The notes: generated by a model not told the origin, from the sequence alone. A stretch of DNA of 64,000 bases from Scenedesmus sp. PABB004 (GCA_014905635.1 JABVCE010000013.1:1116001-1180000), one strand, 5' to 3'. Counted from the stretch's first letter, positions 22,737 to 35,250 are shown. Numbers and translations: made by a program.

Positions 22737-24327
22737 TCAGCAGCTCTGCGCGGGCTTGGTCGCCGCCGCTGCCGCGTCCGCGTCCGCGTCGCCCTGCAGC
22801 ACCAGGTCGAGCCCGGCCGGGACCGACTTGGTGCGCACCATCGACAGCGTGCGCCGCAGCTTGCAGGGCCGGTCGCCCGCGTCGACGCCGCCGGCCGGCG
22901 CCGGGGCGCGCGGCCGGCCCGCCTTGGCGGGGCACGGCGGCGGCATGGCCGCCGCGCCGGCGGAGAGCGCGCTGCCGCTGCCGCTGCCCTGCGCGGCGCC
23001 GCCGGCCGGCGGCGGCAGGCCCGCGTCGGGCGCGCCGGGCGAGTTGCTGCTGCTCCGTTCCAGCGCCTCGCCGTCCGCGCCGCAGGGCGCCGCCGCGGGG
23101 CCGGCCGCGGCGGGCTCTGCCGCCGCCGCCGCCTGCTCCGCGGGCGCCGGCGCCGCCTGCGCCAGGTCGGCCGCGCTGTCCGGGTGCACGGGGCGCGGCT
23201 TGCGGCCCTCGAGCCGGCTCCGCCGCACGGGCTGCGGCAGCGGGTTGGACAGCGACAGCTGCGGGCGCGCGGCGCGGCGGGGCGCGGCGGCGGGGTCGGG
23301 CCACGCGCGCCGCGCGCCTGCGCGCGCCGCCCGCGCCCGCGCCGTGCGCGCCTCGCGCGCGGCCGGCCGCCGCCGCCGCGGCGCACCTGCAGCGCCGCGA
23401 GCACGCTGCCCACGAAGCTGATGAAGTTGGCCACGAGCATCGAGTCGGTCGCGCGCGCGGAGAGCAGCGCCTCGAGCACGGCCACGGGGCCGGCGTGGGG
23501 GCGCGCGGGGTCATAGACGGGGACATACACCGTCTCGCCGACGCCCTCCGCCGCCGCGGCGCCGAGCGCGCTGCGCGGGTGCAGCGCGTCGGGGATGATG
23601 CGGATGTTCTGCACCACCTGCACGCACCCGCTCTTCAGCACGCGCCCCGGCATGCCCTCGTGCCCAAACTGCGGCGCCGAGAGGCTGCGTACGGCAGGGG
23701 CGGGGGGAGGGGCGCGGGCGTGAGCGGCGCGCCGCCGCGCGGGGCGGCGCAGCGTGTGCCGTGCCGCGTGCCGCGCAGCACCTCGCGAGCCGGAACGGCG
23801 CGAACGCGGCGTCGCCCATGAGGAAGATCTCGGGGTCGGCGTAGAGCTGCGCCGACAGCGGGTCCGCGCCGGGCGCGGGCGGCGCGCAGGGGCGCCAGAC
23901 CTGCGCGGGACGGCGGCCGAGCGGCGGCGGCGGCGTGAGCGCGCGGGGTCTGCGGCACAATCCCGGCACGCTCAGCGGCGCGCTGGCGTTGCACGGCCGG
24001 CGCGCCGGGCGCTCGGGGCCACGATCTCCCTCCGCTGGGCGTGCCGACTGGCGTGTTGATGATGCGGCGCTGCGGCGCGCCCCCCGAGCGCGCCCGTGCC
24101 GGTGCGCGGCTCACCTGGAGCACGCCGATGTTGCGGCAGGGGCTCATGTGACGCGCCAGCGACATGAGCGCGGCGTGGAGACGCGCCCGCAACTCGCGGC
24201 CGGCCGAGAGCTCCGCCACCTGCGCCGCCAGCAGCGCCGGGCCCGCGCCGAGCGACGCGCCACCGAGCGCCGGACCCAGCCCCGCGGGCGCCACCATGCT
24301 GGGCGCGACCATGCTCGCCGACATCAT
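22737..24327 (-). CDS. Protein with a NIN-like-protein (NLP)-type GAF domain, lacking RWP-RK and PB1
   Basis: Spliced LQVWRP..FRLAS..GMPGRVLKSG..HPR..VYVPVYD..VAVLEAL..LAALQLS matches the NLP GAF pattern (QVWVP..GLPGRVF..YPR..LPVFE..GVVE). The ORF ends in a low-complexity tail. Confidence 0.65.
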
Positions 24328-24768
24328 GCAAGCGCTTCGGCGCTGCCGGCGTGCCGCTGCTCCCCGGGCGCGCCCGCCGCTGGCGGTGGCACTGTCCCGC
24401 GCGTCCGCGATCGCCAAGCGCAGCGCTGCGCCGCCGGCCGGTCCTTGGCGTTGCCGGGGCGCTGCCGCTGCGCCCAGGCGGGCCCCGCGCGCTCCGGGGA
24501 CGGCCGCCGCCTGCCGCCGCGCTCAACTCCCACACCTCCTGACCCGCCGGGCGGGCGGGGCGGCCGCTTTTGCTCCGTCTGGCGGCGGCGGCGGTGGCGC
24601 TTCTGCAAGCGCCTTCGCAAAAGCGCCGCCGCGCTGCCGTCAGCCCGCGCGGGGCCTCCCCCGCGCCACACCGAGCCGCCAGCCCCCAGCTCGCGCCACA
24701 GCCGCCGCCGCGCCACCGCCGCCGCGGCGCGCGCGACCTCGGCCCGGCGGGTGCGCGCCGCGCCGAGC

Positions 24769-26439
24769 ATGGCCCCCGCTCGCCGCCCGCCCGGCGCGGG
24801 CGCCCTGTCCCTGCCCCTGGCCCTGGCCCTGGCGCTGCTGCTCCTGGCGGCGCGCGCGGGCGCGGCGGCGGCCGAGCAGCTGCCTCGGTGGGAGGAGCTC
24901 GCCGGCGCCGGCGCAGAGGCCGCGCGGCTCATCGTCGCGCTCAAGCACCCCGCCCTCCTCGCGCGCTTCCGCCCGCTGTGCGCCTTCGGCCGCCCGCCAC
25001 CGGACAACGCCACGCGCCCGGCGCCGGCGTGCGCCGCGCTCGCGGGCGGCGCGTGCCGCCACGTGTTTGCCTCGGCGTTTGTCGGCCTCGCGGGGCGCTT
25101 CACGCGGCGCCAGCTGGCGGCGCTGATCGAGTGCGCGGGCCCGGGCGGCGTGGAGTTTGTGGAGCGCGACGGCACGGTGCGCGCGCGGCCCGGCGCGCAG
25201 CTGCGCGCTCGCCGGCGGGCGGCCGCCCTGCCCAAGCGCGCGCCGCTGGTGCGGCGCCGCAGGTGGCCAAGGCGGAGCGCGGCGAGCACGGCGGCTGGTG
25301 GCGCCATGCGCCGCCGCCCGGCACGCCGCTGGCGGAGCTGCTCGCGGCGCAGCGCGCGGCCGCGACGGCCGCCGGCGGCGGCGGCGCCGTGCGGGCCTTT
25401 GACGACGCCGGCACGGCGCCGCGCAACGACAGCGGCAGCGACGGCAGCGGGCCCCAGGCCGCGGAGCTGGCGCGCTGGGTGCTGGCCGAGGTGGGCCTCG
25501 CCGCGCAGCGCCAGCTGGCTGCCGGCCGGCCCGACGTCGCCGCCGTCGCCGCCGCAGGCGGCCCGGCCGACGCGCGCGTGCGCGCGGCCGAGGCGCCCGG
25601 CGACGGCGCCGCGCCGGCGGCGGGCGACGGCGCCGCCGCGCTGGCCGGCGAGGCGCGCGGCAGCAAGAACCAGGACCCTGGGCTCCCCGTCGACGCGGCG
25701 GCCATCGCCAACCCAGGTGGGGGCGGCCCCCAGAGCCCGCGCCAGCGCCCGCGCGCGCGCCCGCGCGCGCGCCCGCGCGCGCGCCCACGCCGCCCGGCGC
25801 GCGCGCCGCAGAGATCGTCGCGCTCGGCGCGCTCGGCGCGGCAGGCGGCGCGGCGGGGGGCGCGCCCGCCGCGCGGGCCGCCGCGGACGCCGCCAACCTC
25901 GCAAACGGGCTCAAGGTCCAGCGCCTCGACCAGGTGCCCGCGCTGTGGCACCTCGACCGGCTCGACCAGCCGGCGCCGCCGCTGGACGGCGCGTTTGAGT
26001 ACGGCTCGCCCGCCTACACTGGCACGGGCGCGCGCCGCCGGCGCCGCGGGCGCCAGGGCAGGGCGTCGGCCGTCGGCGCGCGCGCAGCCGCGGGCGGCGG
26101 CGGCTCACGCGCGGCCGGGGTGCCCCCCACGTGGGGCACCCCTTCTCACCCCGCCGCCGCCCGCCGCAGGCAGGGGCGTGACCATCTACATGCTCGACAG
26201 CGGGCTGCGCCCCTCGCACCAGGCGCGCAGGCCGCGCCGCGCCCGCCGCCGGGCTGGGGGCGGCCAGGGGCGGCCGCCACGCCTGCGGCCATGCCGTGCG
26301 CGCCGCGCCGCGCCGCGCCGCGGCGCCTTTGCAGGAGTTCCAGCCGTGGGACGGCGGCTCGGGCGGCGGCGGCCGCGCGCGCCTGGGGCGAGACTTTGTG
26401 GACGGCGACGACGAGGCGCTGGACTGTGACGGCCACGGC

Positions 26440-26479
<40 letters not shown>

Positions 26480-27599
26480 GCGGCTGAGCGGCGCGCCGAG
26501 CCCCGCGCCGCGCCGAGCGCCGCACGGCGCGCCCCGCAGGCACGCACGTCGCGTCGACCGCTGCGGGGCGGAGCGTGGGCGTCGCCAAGGAGGCGACCGT
26601 CGTCGCGCTGCGCGTGCTGGACTGCGACGGCGCGGGCGCGATCAGCGACGTTGTCGCCGGTGAGCCGCCAGCCAGCGCGCCCAGCTGGCTCGCGGCCGCA
26701 GCGGCGGGGCCGGCTGGGCCTGCCGGCCGGGCCTGCCGGCCGACGCGCGCGCCGCGCCTGCGCGCAGCGCTCGACTGGGTCGCGGAAGAGGCGGCCGCGC
26801 CGGCGGTGGCGAGCCTGTCGCTCGGCGTGCCCGCCGGCAGCTGGTCGCGTGCGCTCGAGGCGGCCGTGGCGGCGGTGGTCGCGCGCGGCGTTACGGTCGT
26901 GGTCGCGGCGGGCAACAGCGCGCGGGACAGCTGCGGCGTCGCGCCCGCGCGCGTGCCCGAGGTGCGTGCGGGGAGCGTGCGGGGAGCGTGCGGCGCGCGG
27001 CGCGGCAGTGCGGCCTCGGCAGAGCCGCGCGAGCCCGCCCGCCGCCGACGACTGCGCTCCCCGCCCACCCGCGCGCGCGCCGCGAGGCCATCACCGTCGC
27101 GGCATCCAACTATGCGGCCAAGTTTGAGCGCGGCGCCGCCGCGACCGAGACCGCCGACAGCATCTACCGCTGGAGCAACACCGGCGCGTGCATCGACCTC
27201 TTTGCGCCCGGGTGCGCGCGCCGGGCGCAGCAGCCCGCGCGGCGCCGGCCGCGCGGGCTGCTGCGGCGCGCGAGCCGGCCGCCGCCGCGCAGGGTGGACA
27301 TCTACGGCGCCTGCGGCGGCGTCTCTCGCTGCGAGGAGGTCACCGACGCGGCTTACACGTGGAGCAGCGGCACGTCCATGGCCGCGCCGCAGGTCGCGGG
27401 CCTCGCGGCCGTCGTGCTCGAGGCGCGCCCGTCGGCGACGCCGGCGCAGGTCGAGGAGGCGCTGGTGGCCGCCGCCAGCCGCGGCCGAATCGTCAGTGAC
27501 CTGCTGCTCGAGGGGACGCCCAACCGGCTCGCGTTCAGCCGCGGCGAGGGCCTCGTGCCCGGCGGCGCGCGCATCGCGGCGAGCGGCGGCGGCGCGTAG
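24769..27599 (+). CDS. Secreted subtilisin-like serine protease (S8, proteinase K-like) with I9-like prodomain
   Basis: Signal peptide; prodomain ending FVERDGTV; WHLDRLDQ; catalytic motifs TIYMLDSG (Asp), DGHGTHVAST (His), VVAAGNS (oxyanion Asn), SGTSMAAPQVAG (Ser). Confidence 0.93.
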
Positions 27600-27857
27600 G
27601 CCGGGGCGTGCGCGGCGGCGAGCGGCGTCGGCCCCTAGGCCGGGACTTTGCGCAGTCAACAGTCGACGGGCAACGCGGCGCCGCCGGCCGCGCACGCCGG
27701 GCTCGGGGCGCGGTCCAGCGCTGCGCCGCCGCCGCCGCCCGCGCTCCGCCGCGGCGGTGTCCCCGCGAGCGCCCGCCCAGCCCCCCAGTGTTCCCGCGCT
27801 CATCTCGTGTCCCTGTGGCACCCTGAGGCGTTGCCAGACGCCGCAGCGAGAGGCGAG
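27521..27857 (+). repeat. Source copy of a ~320-340 bp dispersed duplication (other copy 59726-60042)
   Basis: Near-identical text in both places, e.g. ggcgcgtaggccggggcgtgcgcggcggcgagcggcgtcggcccctaggccgggactttgcgcagtc and ctcatctcgtgtccctgtggcaccctgaggcg. Confidence 0.95.
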
Positions 27858-27894
27858 CGCAGCTCTTTCCCGCAGGCCGCAGCACCGAGAGCGA

Positions 27895-27916
27895 AGAGAG
27901 AGAGAGAGAGAGAGAG
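27895..27916 (+). repeat. (GA)n microsatellite
   Basis: Run of ag/ga dinucleotides read directly. Confidence 0.85.
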
Positions 27917-28203
27917 CGGAGCGAGGGCGGGGCGTCAAACATCACAGCCGGCCGCGATTAGGGGGCGTGGAAGCAGGCGCAGGCGGAGGCACCAAGGTGG
28001 GCGCGCGCAAAAGGTGCCCCCCGCGCTGCGCCAGGCGCCACCCTACGCCGCCGCGCCGCCCGATGATCGGCCCCATCGCCAGCCGAGCGCTCCTGCGGCG
28101 GCGGACCGGCAGGGTGCGGGCTCGCGACGGCTGCTCACGCGCCACCCGCTCTCCCCGCGCCGCAGCCTGGGAGGCTCGCCCAATCGCGGCGGCGCGCCAG
28201 CGC

Positions 28204-31200
28204 ATGGCGCACGCCCAGGTGCGGCCTGGGGGCTGGCGGGGGCGGCTCGGGGGGCGCGGCCCGCGGGCGGGCGCTGCGGCCCGCATCGCGCCCGACCTCC
28301 CGGCGCGCGTGCGGGCGCGCCCGGGCCGGGCACTGCCCGGCCCCAGCTCCCTCCCCCGCCCCTGACGCCGACCGGCCGCGCCCGCGACGACGCGCAGGCG
28401 TACGGGCCGCTGAGCTCGAGCCCCCTGGTCGGCGCGCACCAGCAGGGGGGCCTCAGCCTGGGCGGCGACGTCGGCAACGGGCGGTCGCGGCGCAACTCGC
28501 TGGAGCTCGCCCCCGGCGCGCCGGGGCTGTACGCTGAGGGCGGCGGCATGGCGGCGCTCAGGGGCGGCTTCAAGCACGGCCCGATGCAGGCCGGGCCCGA
28601 CGCGCTCGCGCTGCTGCTCGCCGACCCCGCGCTCGCGGCGGCGGCCGCGGCGGCGGCGGCCGCCGCGGCCGCCGCGGCGGCGGCGCCCAACGGCCTGCTC
28701 GGCCCGCCCTCGACGGGCGGCCTGGCGTGCAACGGCGGGCTGCTCGCGGGCGCGGGCAGCGGCGGCTACGACGGCCTGCAGCTCGACGCCGAGGAGCCGG
28801 GCCCGCTGCCCGTGCTGCCCCGCGGCGGCCGCGGCGGCCCGCCCGGCGGCTACGCCAACGCGGCGCTGATGCTGCAGCAGCAGCAGCAGCAGCTGCAGCA
28901 GCACCTCGCGCACGCCGGCTACGGCGTCGGCCTGCCGCTTGGCGGCGGCGGCGTTGGCCCCGGCGGCGCCGGGCGGCAGCCGCGCCCGCGCCGGCACAGC
29001 GTGACGATCGGCATGCTCAACGAGCACCAGCAGGCGGCCTTCCTGGCCAGCGGCGGGCAGCTGGGGCCGCCCGGCCCGGGCTGGCCTGGCGGCGGCGGCG
29101 GCGCGCCCCCGCGGCCGCCGCTGCTCCAGCAGCAGGCGTCGCCGAACAAGCAGCTGCACGGGCTGGGCGGCATGCAGTCCGCCGCGGCGCAGCTGCAGGG
29201 CATGCAGGCGGCGAGCCTGGGCCAGCAGCTCGGGCTCGGCGGCGGCGTGCCGCTGGGCGCCCTCGGCGGCCTCGGCGCGCCCGGCGGCGGCCTCATGGGC
29301 GGCGGCGGCGGCGGCCTGGACCTGCCGCCCGCGTACGGCATGGCCGGCCCGCGCATGCCCGGGCACGGCACGGCCGCGAGCCGGCGGCACAGCTGGGCGC
29401 CGATGGGCGCGGAGTCGTCCATGGCGTACGCGCGCGGCTGGCTGCTGCAGCAGCAGCAGCAGCGCAGCGCGGGCCTCGCGGCGCAGCTGGGGGACGCGGG
29501 GGCGCTGTTCGTCAACCAGCAGCAGGAGCACCAGCTCGGCCTCGCCCCGCTCGGCCCGCCCGGCGCGGCCGTGCACGGCCGCAACGGCAGCAACGGCTAC
29601 GCCGACGCGTCCGCCGCGTCGGCGGGCTTTGCGGCGGCGCTGCAGGGCGGCCAGGCGCCGTCGATGGCGCCCCCGGCGGCGCCGCTGCCGCTCTTCCCGG
29701 GCGAGCAGCTCGGCGCCAAGGAGGCGCTCGCGGCGCACCTGCAGCAGCAGCTCCAGCAGCTGGGGCTTCAGGGCTACGCCGGCGCGCGCGCGCTCGACCC
29801 GTACGCGGAGCCGTTTGTCAGCCAGACGGGCCTCGGCACGCTCGACCCCTACAACGCGCTGACGCAGGAGCTGCAGCAGCGGTCGCTCGCGCTCGCGTTC
29901 CCGCCGCCCGACGACGGCGGCCCCGGCGCCGGCGGGCCCGGCGGCGGCGGCGGCATGTACGCGCCGCTGCAGGTCAACGGCGTGAGCGTGGACACGCAGC
30001 TGCTTGTCGCGCCCTACGCCGACAACTGGGACGTCCTCGGCGGCGCGCCGGGGTCGCTCTCGGGGTCGTCCGGCTCCGGCTCGGCGCCGCCCGTCGGCGG
30101 CGGCGCCGGCGGCAAGGGCAAGGCGCTGCCGCCGGGCGCGCTCGGCGCGGCGCGCGGCGGGCCCGCCGCGGCGTCTGCGCCGCCGCCGCACGGCGCGCCG
30201 CTCAACGGCAAGTCTGGCGGCGCCGTGCCGGCGGCGGCCGCCGAGGCGGCCGCCGCGTCCATGCTCGCCTCGCTGCCGCCGCTGAGCAAGGTCTGCTCGG
30301 ACGAGCCCTGGGACCTCGCCAAGGCGGCCGAGGAGGACGCCAAAGCGCTCGCGGCGCAGCAGGCGGCGGTCGCGCGCCTCGCGGCGGCGCTGGAGCGCAG
30401 CACGACGCTGCAGGCGGTGCGCGCGGCCGAGGACGCGGCGGCAGAGGCGGCCGCGGGCGCCGGCGGCGCGCCCGGCGCCGCGCCCGGCGCCGCGCCGCGC
30501 GGCGCCGGCGCCGCGCCCAAGGCGGGCGAGCGCGGCGCGGCGCTGTTTGGGTACCGCCTGCCCGACAGCGGCGACGACACCTGGGGCGCCGCCGCGGCGG
30601 CCGTGCCGGCGTCGCTCGGCGGCGGCTGCATCAGCGAGGACCCGAGCAACAAGCTCTTCGTCGGCAACATCGGCTGGTGCGCCGCCGCGCATCGCGCGCC
30701 CACGCGCGGGCCCACGCCGCCGCCGCGCATGTGCGCCACGCCGCGCGTTTGCGCGCCGCGCCGCGCCGCGCCCACGCCGCCGCGCCGCGCAGGTGGGTGA
30801 CCGAGGAGGACCTGCTGCACTGGTTCGGCCGCTACGGCACGGTCACAAACGTCAAGGCGCGCGCCGCCGCCGCCGCGCCGCGCCGCGCTCCAAAGCCCGC
30901 GCCCGCACGAGCCCGCAGCGCGCGCTGCTCGCACGCACGCTCTCACACGCTCGCCCCCACGCCGCTCACACTCGCCCGTGTGCGCACACGCGCAGATCAT
31001 GTACAATTCGCGCAAGATGCACAAGCCCAAGGACAAGTGGCGCAGCCGCGAGTACGGCTTCATCGACTACGCGAGCCCCGAGGAGGCGGCCAAGGCGATC
31101 GTGTGGATGGACGGCGTGGAGCTGCCCGACCTCATGAAGGACACGGCGGGCATCATCGTGCAGTACGCGAAGCCCACGGGCGCGGGCGAGGCCGGCGCGG

Positions 31201-31208
31201 GCGCGTGA
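28204..31208 (+). CDS. RNA-binding protein: long G/Q/A low-complexity region plus a C-terminal RRM
   Basis: RNP2 KLFVGNI and RNP1 REYGFIDY, with EEAAKAIVWMDG. First exon MAHAQ followed by a GT-AG intron. Confidence 0.85.
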
Positions 31209-32241
31209 GCGCCGCCGGGACAGCTGGGCAGGGCGGGGCAGGGCGGCAGCCAAACCAATGCACAGCCGGTTTTGGTCGCAGCGAGCGCGGTGGGCGGGGC
31301 AGGGGGCCATCGTGTCTGCGCGGGCCGGCCAGCGGCGGCCGCGCCGGCCGGCGCCCCGCCTGGGAGAACGGTCACGTGGGGCGGGCGGCCCCCGGCGGCG
31401 GCGGGCCGCGCCGCGGCGCTGGCGACGTTGCTGGCGGCGGCATCTGTCATTCGCATGGCGGCGAGCAAGCGAGCGCGGCCTGCGCTCGTGCCGAGCCGCT
31501 GCGAGCTGGCGCCGAGGCTTGGCGAGGCTGCCGCGCGCGCCTGCAGCAGACCTGCGTGACGTGAGCGGAGCGACATCGCGCGGCGGCGTGTTGCGTGCGT
31601 CGTGCGTGGCGAGCGAGCGTTTTCGGCCTCGCCGTGCGTGTGAGAGAGTGACGACTGCGGCGCTCCCCCCATGCTCCCCATGCTCCCTGCTGAGGCCCCT
31701 GCACTCCCCGCATCCTGTGCGCCCTCGAGGGCCGCCCGCCGATATCGGCGCCGTCTGGCGCCGGCGGGCCAGAGAGTTTGTCTCTGACGGCGCGCCGCCC
31801 TGGCCGGGGCGGCGCCCGCCGCGCACGCCGCGGCGCGCGCGCCCCTGGCCCGGGCGGCGCGCGCGATTGTGCGCTGGCCATTCTGTGTGCGCACGCGCCG
31901 CAGCCTTATTGGGTATCGGTGACGATTGCGCTGATTTAGGTCCACAAAAGGGACCGCCCGCGGCGGCCGCGCGCCAGCGCGGCCTCGCGGGCGGCGCGTG
32001 CGCCGCACGCGTCCCTCGTTCGTTCGTTCGATTGGTGGGCTGCGAGAGGGACCCCTGATCCAGGGCAGGAAGAGGGGGCGCGGACGGCGGACGCGCGTGC
32101 GTGCGCGCGGCGCCGGCGCGAGACCGGGTACCTGCGCGGCTGGCGATTGCTGCTGATGCTATGCTAAGCTCACAATCAATGGGGAGCGCCCCGCTGCTGC
32201 CGCCAGGGCCGACCATTCCTTTGTAAAACGCCACCTCGACC

Positions 32242-33120
32242 TCACGCAGGCCGCCGCCTCCACGCGGGCGCGCTCGTGCGCAGCGACAGGCAGCTGCCGG
32301 TGGCCGTCTGCGTGCGTGCGGGGGCCGGCGTCAGCGGCGCCGCACCCGCAGGGGCAGCCGCGCGCGGCGCCCACGCGGGGCGCGTCAGACGCGCGCTCAC
32401 CGCGGGCCGGGGCGCGAGCTGCGGCTGCAGCAGCGACAGCTCCCGCCACGACGCGGCCTGCTGCGCAGCATGCGCGCCCGCGCCGCGCGGCGTGGCGCCG
32501 CTCGCGCGACGGCCTGGCGGCGGCGCGGCGGGCTGCTGCGCCGCCGCGCCGCCCAGCAGGTGCAGCCGACGCGCGTCGTCCAGCTGCAGCCGCAGCTCGA
32601 GCAGGCTCGGCGGCTGCTCGGGCGGCGCCGGCTGCGGCACCGACCGGCCCTGCGCCTGCCGCCAGCCCTGCGTCGGAGCTGCCTCGGGCAGCGCGCAGCG
32701 GCTCGCCCGCTGCGCCGCGTCCGCGGCGTCGCCAGCGGGCGCGAGGCGCAGCGCGTGCTCGCGCGGCTGGCCGCGCGAGCCGCTGCAGCGCGCCGTGCCC
32801 CGGGAGAGCAGGTCTGCGTTCGCCGCAAGCTCCGGCTCCCGCACGCGGCCGCGGGCGGGCCCGCCCGCCAGCCGCGGCGGCCGCGGCGACGCGTGCGGGC
32901 CGCCGTCAACGCAGGCGGTCAGAAACGTGTGCCCTGCAGGGCGCGGTGGCGCCGGCACCGCTGGCACCGCTGGCACCGCCGCCGGCGCGCCCCCGGCGAC
33001 GCCGACGCCAGGCGGCGCTGGCGTGAAGGTCTCGAAGCGGACCTGCGGCGCGCGCCGGCAGGCTCCCGTGTGCTCCAGGTCCGTGGCGGCGCTGCTCGCG
33101 CCCGGGCGCGCCCGCCGCAT
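32242..33120 (-). CDS. Hypothetical protein
   Basis: ORF with coding-like segments (VRFETF, HTFLTACVDG, LLELRLQLDDARR), divergent from DRC9. No family recognised and exon structure uncertain. Confidence 0.35.
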   Translation of the reverse strand: MRRARPGASSAATDLEHTGACRRAPQVRFETFTPAPPGVGVAGGAPAAVPAVPAVPAPPRPAGHTFLTACVDGGPHASPRPPRLAGGPARGRVREPELAANADLLSRGTARCSGSRGQPREHALRLAPAGDAADAAQRASRCALPEAAPTQGWRQAQGRSVPQPAPPEQPPSLLELRLQLDDARRLHLLGGAAAQQPAAPPPGRRASGATPRGAGAHAAQQAASWRELSLLQPQLAPRPAVSARLTRPAWAPRAAAPAGAAPLTPAPARTQTATGSCLSLRTSAPAWRRRPA

Positions 33121-33381
33121 CGCCGCCGCCAGCTGGCGCGGACTCGCTTCTGCAGCGAGCAGGGATTTGCGCGTGGAGGACGCCACGGCGCGGGGAGCAC
33201 GCCACTGCGGGGCCGGCCGCGGCGCAGTCAAGGGCGGCTCGGCGCGACGGGGCGGCGCGGCGCCTGGGCTCCGCTCCCAGCGAGTTTCACTGCCACGGAG
33301 CTCTCCCTCCTACCAGCTTTCCATCGCCGCAGATTGACCGAGCTCGCGCCCGCCGCGCCGTCCGCAGCAGCGGCGAAGAGC

Positions 33382-35250
33382 ATGGCGCCCGCCGCAGCCG
33401 CGGCCGCGCCCGCGGCCGCGCAGGCGGCGGAGGCGGAGGCGGAGCAGCTCAGCGCGCTGGAGGCCGCGCACGTGCGCCGGCCGCCGCCACGCCGCGCACT
33501 ACGCACCGCCGCCGCCGCTGCTGCGCCACACGCACAGCGCTGACGCCGCGGCGCGGCGCGCCGGCCGCCACGCAGGCCGCCGCGGTGCTGCAGGCGGCGC
33601 TGGACCGGCTGGCGCTGCTGGCGGTCGTGCAGGTGGACCCGGCCGCGCAGGCGCTGGAACTGACGCAGAGCGTGGGCGACGACATCAGCAGCATGCTCGC
33701 ACACCAGAAGGCGCTCGAGGGCCGGTTCAGCGAACTCATCGCCGCGCAGCCCGCGCTGCGCGCGCAGCCCAACAAGGCGCCGCTGCGGCGCAACCAGGCG
33801 GAGCTGGCGGAGGTCTCGCAGCAGCTGCGCGGCGCGACCAAGCAGCTCTGCAGGCGCGCGCTGCCGGCGGCGGCTGCGCGCGCGCCGCCGCCGCGGCATG
33901 CTTTGGCGCCGTGCGACGCGCCCCGCCCGCGCGCGCCTCCCGCCGTCCCCAGGAACTTGCAGGACAGCCCCAACGTGGCCGACAACGTGGCCAAGGTCGC
34001 GGCGCACCGCGAGGCGCTTGCGGTGCTCCTGCGCGCGACGCTTGAAGCGCTGGACCAGCGCGGCACGGCCACGCCGCTCATCGCTGCGGTGCTGGCGGCC
34101 GACCAGGCCGAGGCGCGCGCGCGCGCGGGCGCTGCGCCGCGCGGGCGCGGCGCAGGCAGCAGGGCGCGCCGCTCTCACGGCCCTGCAGGCACTGCGTGAG
34201 CCCGCCCCCGCTCTGCCCCGCGCGCCCACAGGCCGCCAGTCGGGAGATGGTCGACGCGGAGCGCGGCGCGACGGCGCTGGTCAAGGCGCTGCGCAGCGAC
34301 CTGGCCAGCGAGAAGCAGCAGCACGAGGAGCAGGTGCGTCGGCGCGGCGGGGCGGCAGCGCCCCGGCGGGCGCGCCCGACCTGCTGGTCGCGCCCGCAGA
34401 TGCGCGAGCGGCGGCGAGCGCTGGCGGCGCTCAAGGAGCAGCTGCGCCAGGAGAAGCTCAGCCTGGCGCTGGACGCGCGGTGCGGCGCGGCGCGCTGCGC
34501 GGCGGCGACGGCAGTGGTCGGGGCGCCGACGTCGGCGCGCGTCCTGCAGGTTCCAGCGCAAGGAGCTCGCGGCGGCCAACCAGACGTCGCGGCGGGTGCA
34601 GGCGGCGAGCCTGGCCGACATGGAGGCCCAGCTCGCCCGGCTGCGCCAGCAACTCGAGCTCGAGCGCAGCGTGCACGGCGCGAGCCTCGACTACCTCGGC
34701 GGTGCGCGGCGGCGGTGGCGGCACGCGCGCGCGCTGCATGGTGCCCCCCCCCCCCCGGCTGTGACACCACGCCGGGCACGCGAGCCCGGCCGGCCTCTGC
34801 CGGCGCGCAGGCCGCGCGGGCGCGCTCGGAGACGACGCGGCGGCGTGGCACGCGCGGCGCGAGGACGACGGGCGCGCCAAGGAGCGGGAGCTCGAGGTGC
34901 TGCGCGCGGCGCACGCGCGCGACCTGAAGCGCCTCGCAGAGGCGGAGGCGCGGCTCCGGGACGAGCGCGGCGCCAAGGCCGCGCGGGACGCGTGCGCCGC
35001 GGAGGAGGCGGGCCGCGCGGCGGCCGAGGCGGCGCTGCGCGCGCGGCAGGCGGCGGCGGCCGTCACCATCCAGGCCGCGTGGCGCGGCTTCAAGGTGCGC
35101 GCGGCGCGGAGCGCCGGCCGGCAGAGGCGCGCGCGTGCCGCGGCACGAGGCGCTCACCGCGGCGGCCCGGCCCCGCAGGCGCGGCGCGAGGCCAAGGGCC
35201 GGCGCCGGGCCAAGGGCGGCAAGGCGAAGAAGGCCAAGCCCAAGAAGTGA
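33382..35250 (+). CDS. DRC9: Dynein regulatory complex subunit 9 (IQCG/FAP122-like)
   Basis: VGDDISSMLAHQKALEGRFSELIA..PNK..NQ..L.EVS..LR..T..LCRNL.DSPNVADN, coiled coils, C-terminal IQ motif IQAAWRGFK and a Lys-rich tail. Confidence 0.8.

Noticed and set aside
26117..26142. Small near-palindrome ggggtgccccccacgtggggcacccc in a subtilisin intron
   Set aside because: Short and G/C-run dominated; plausible by chance.
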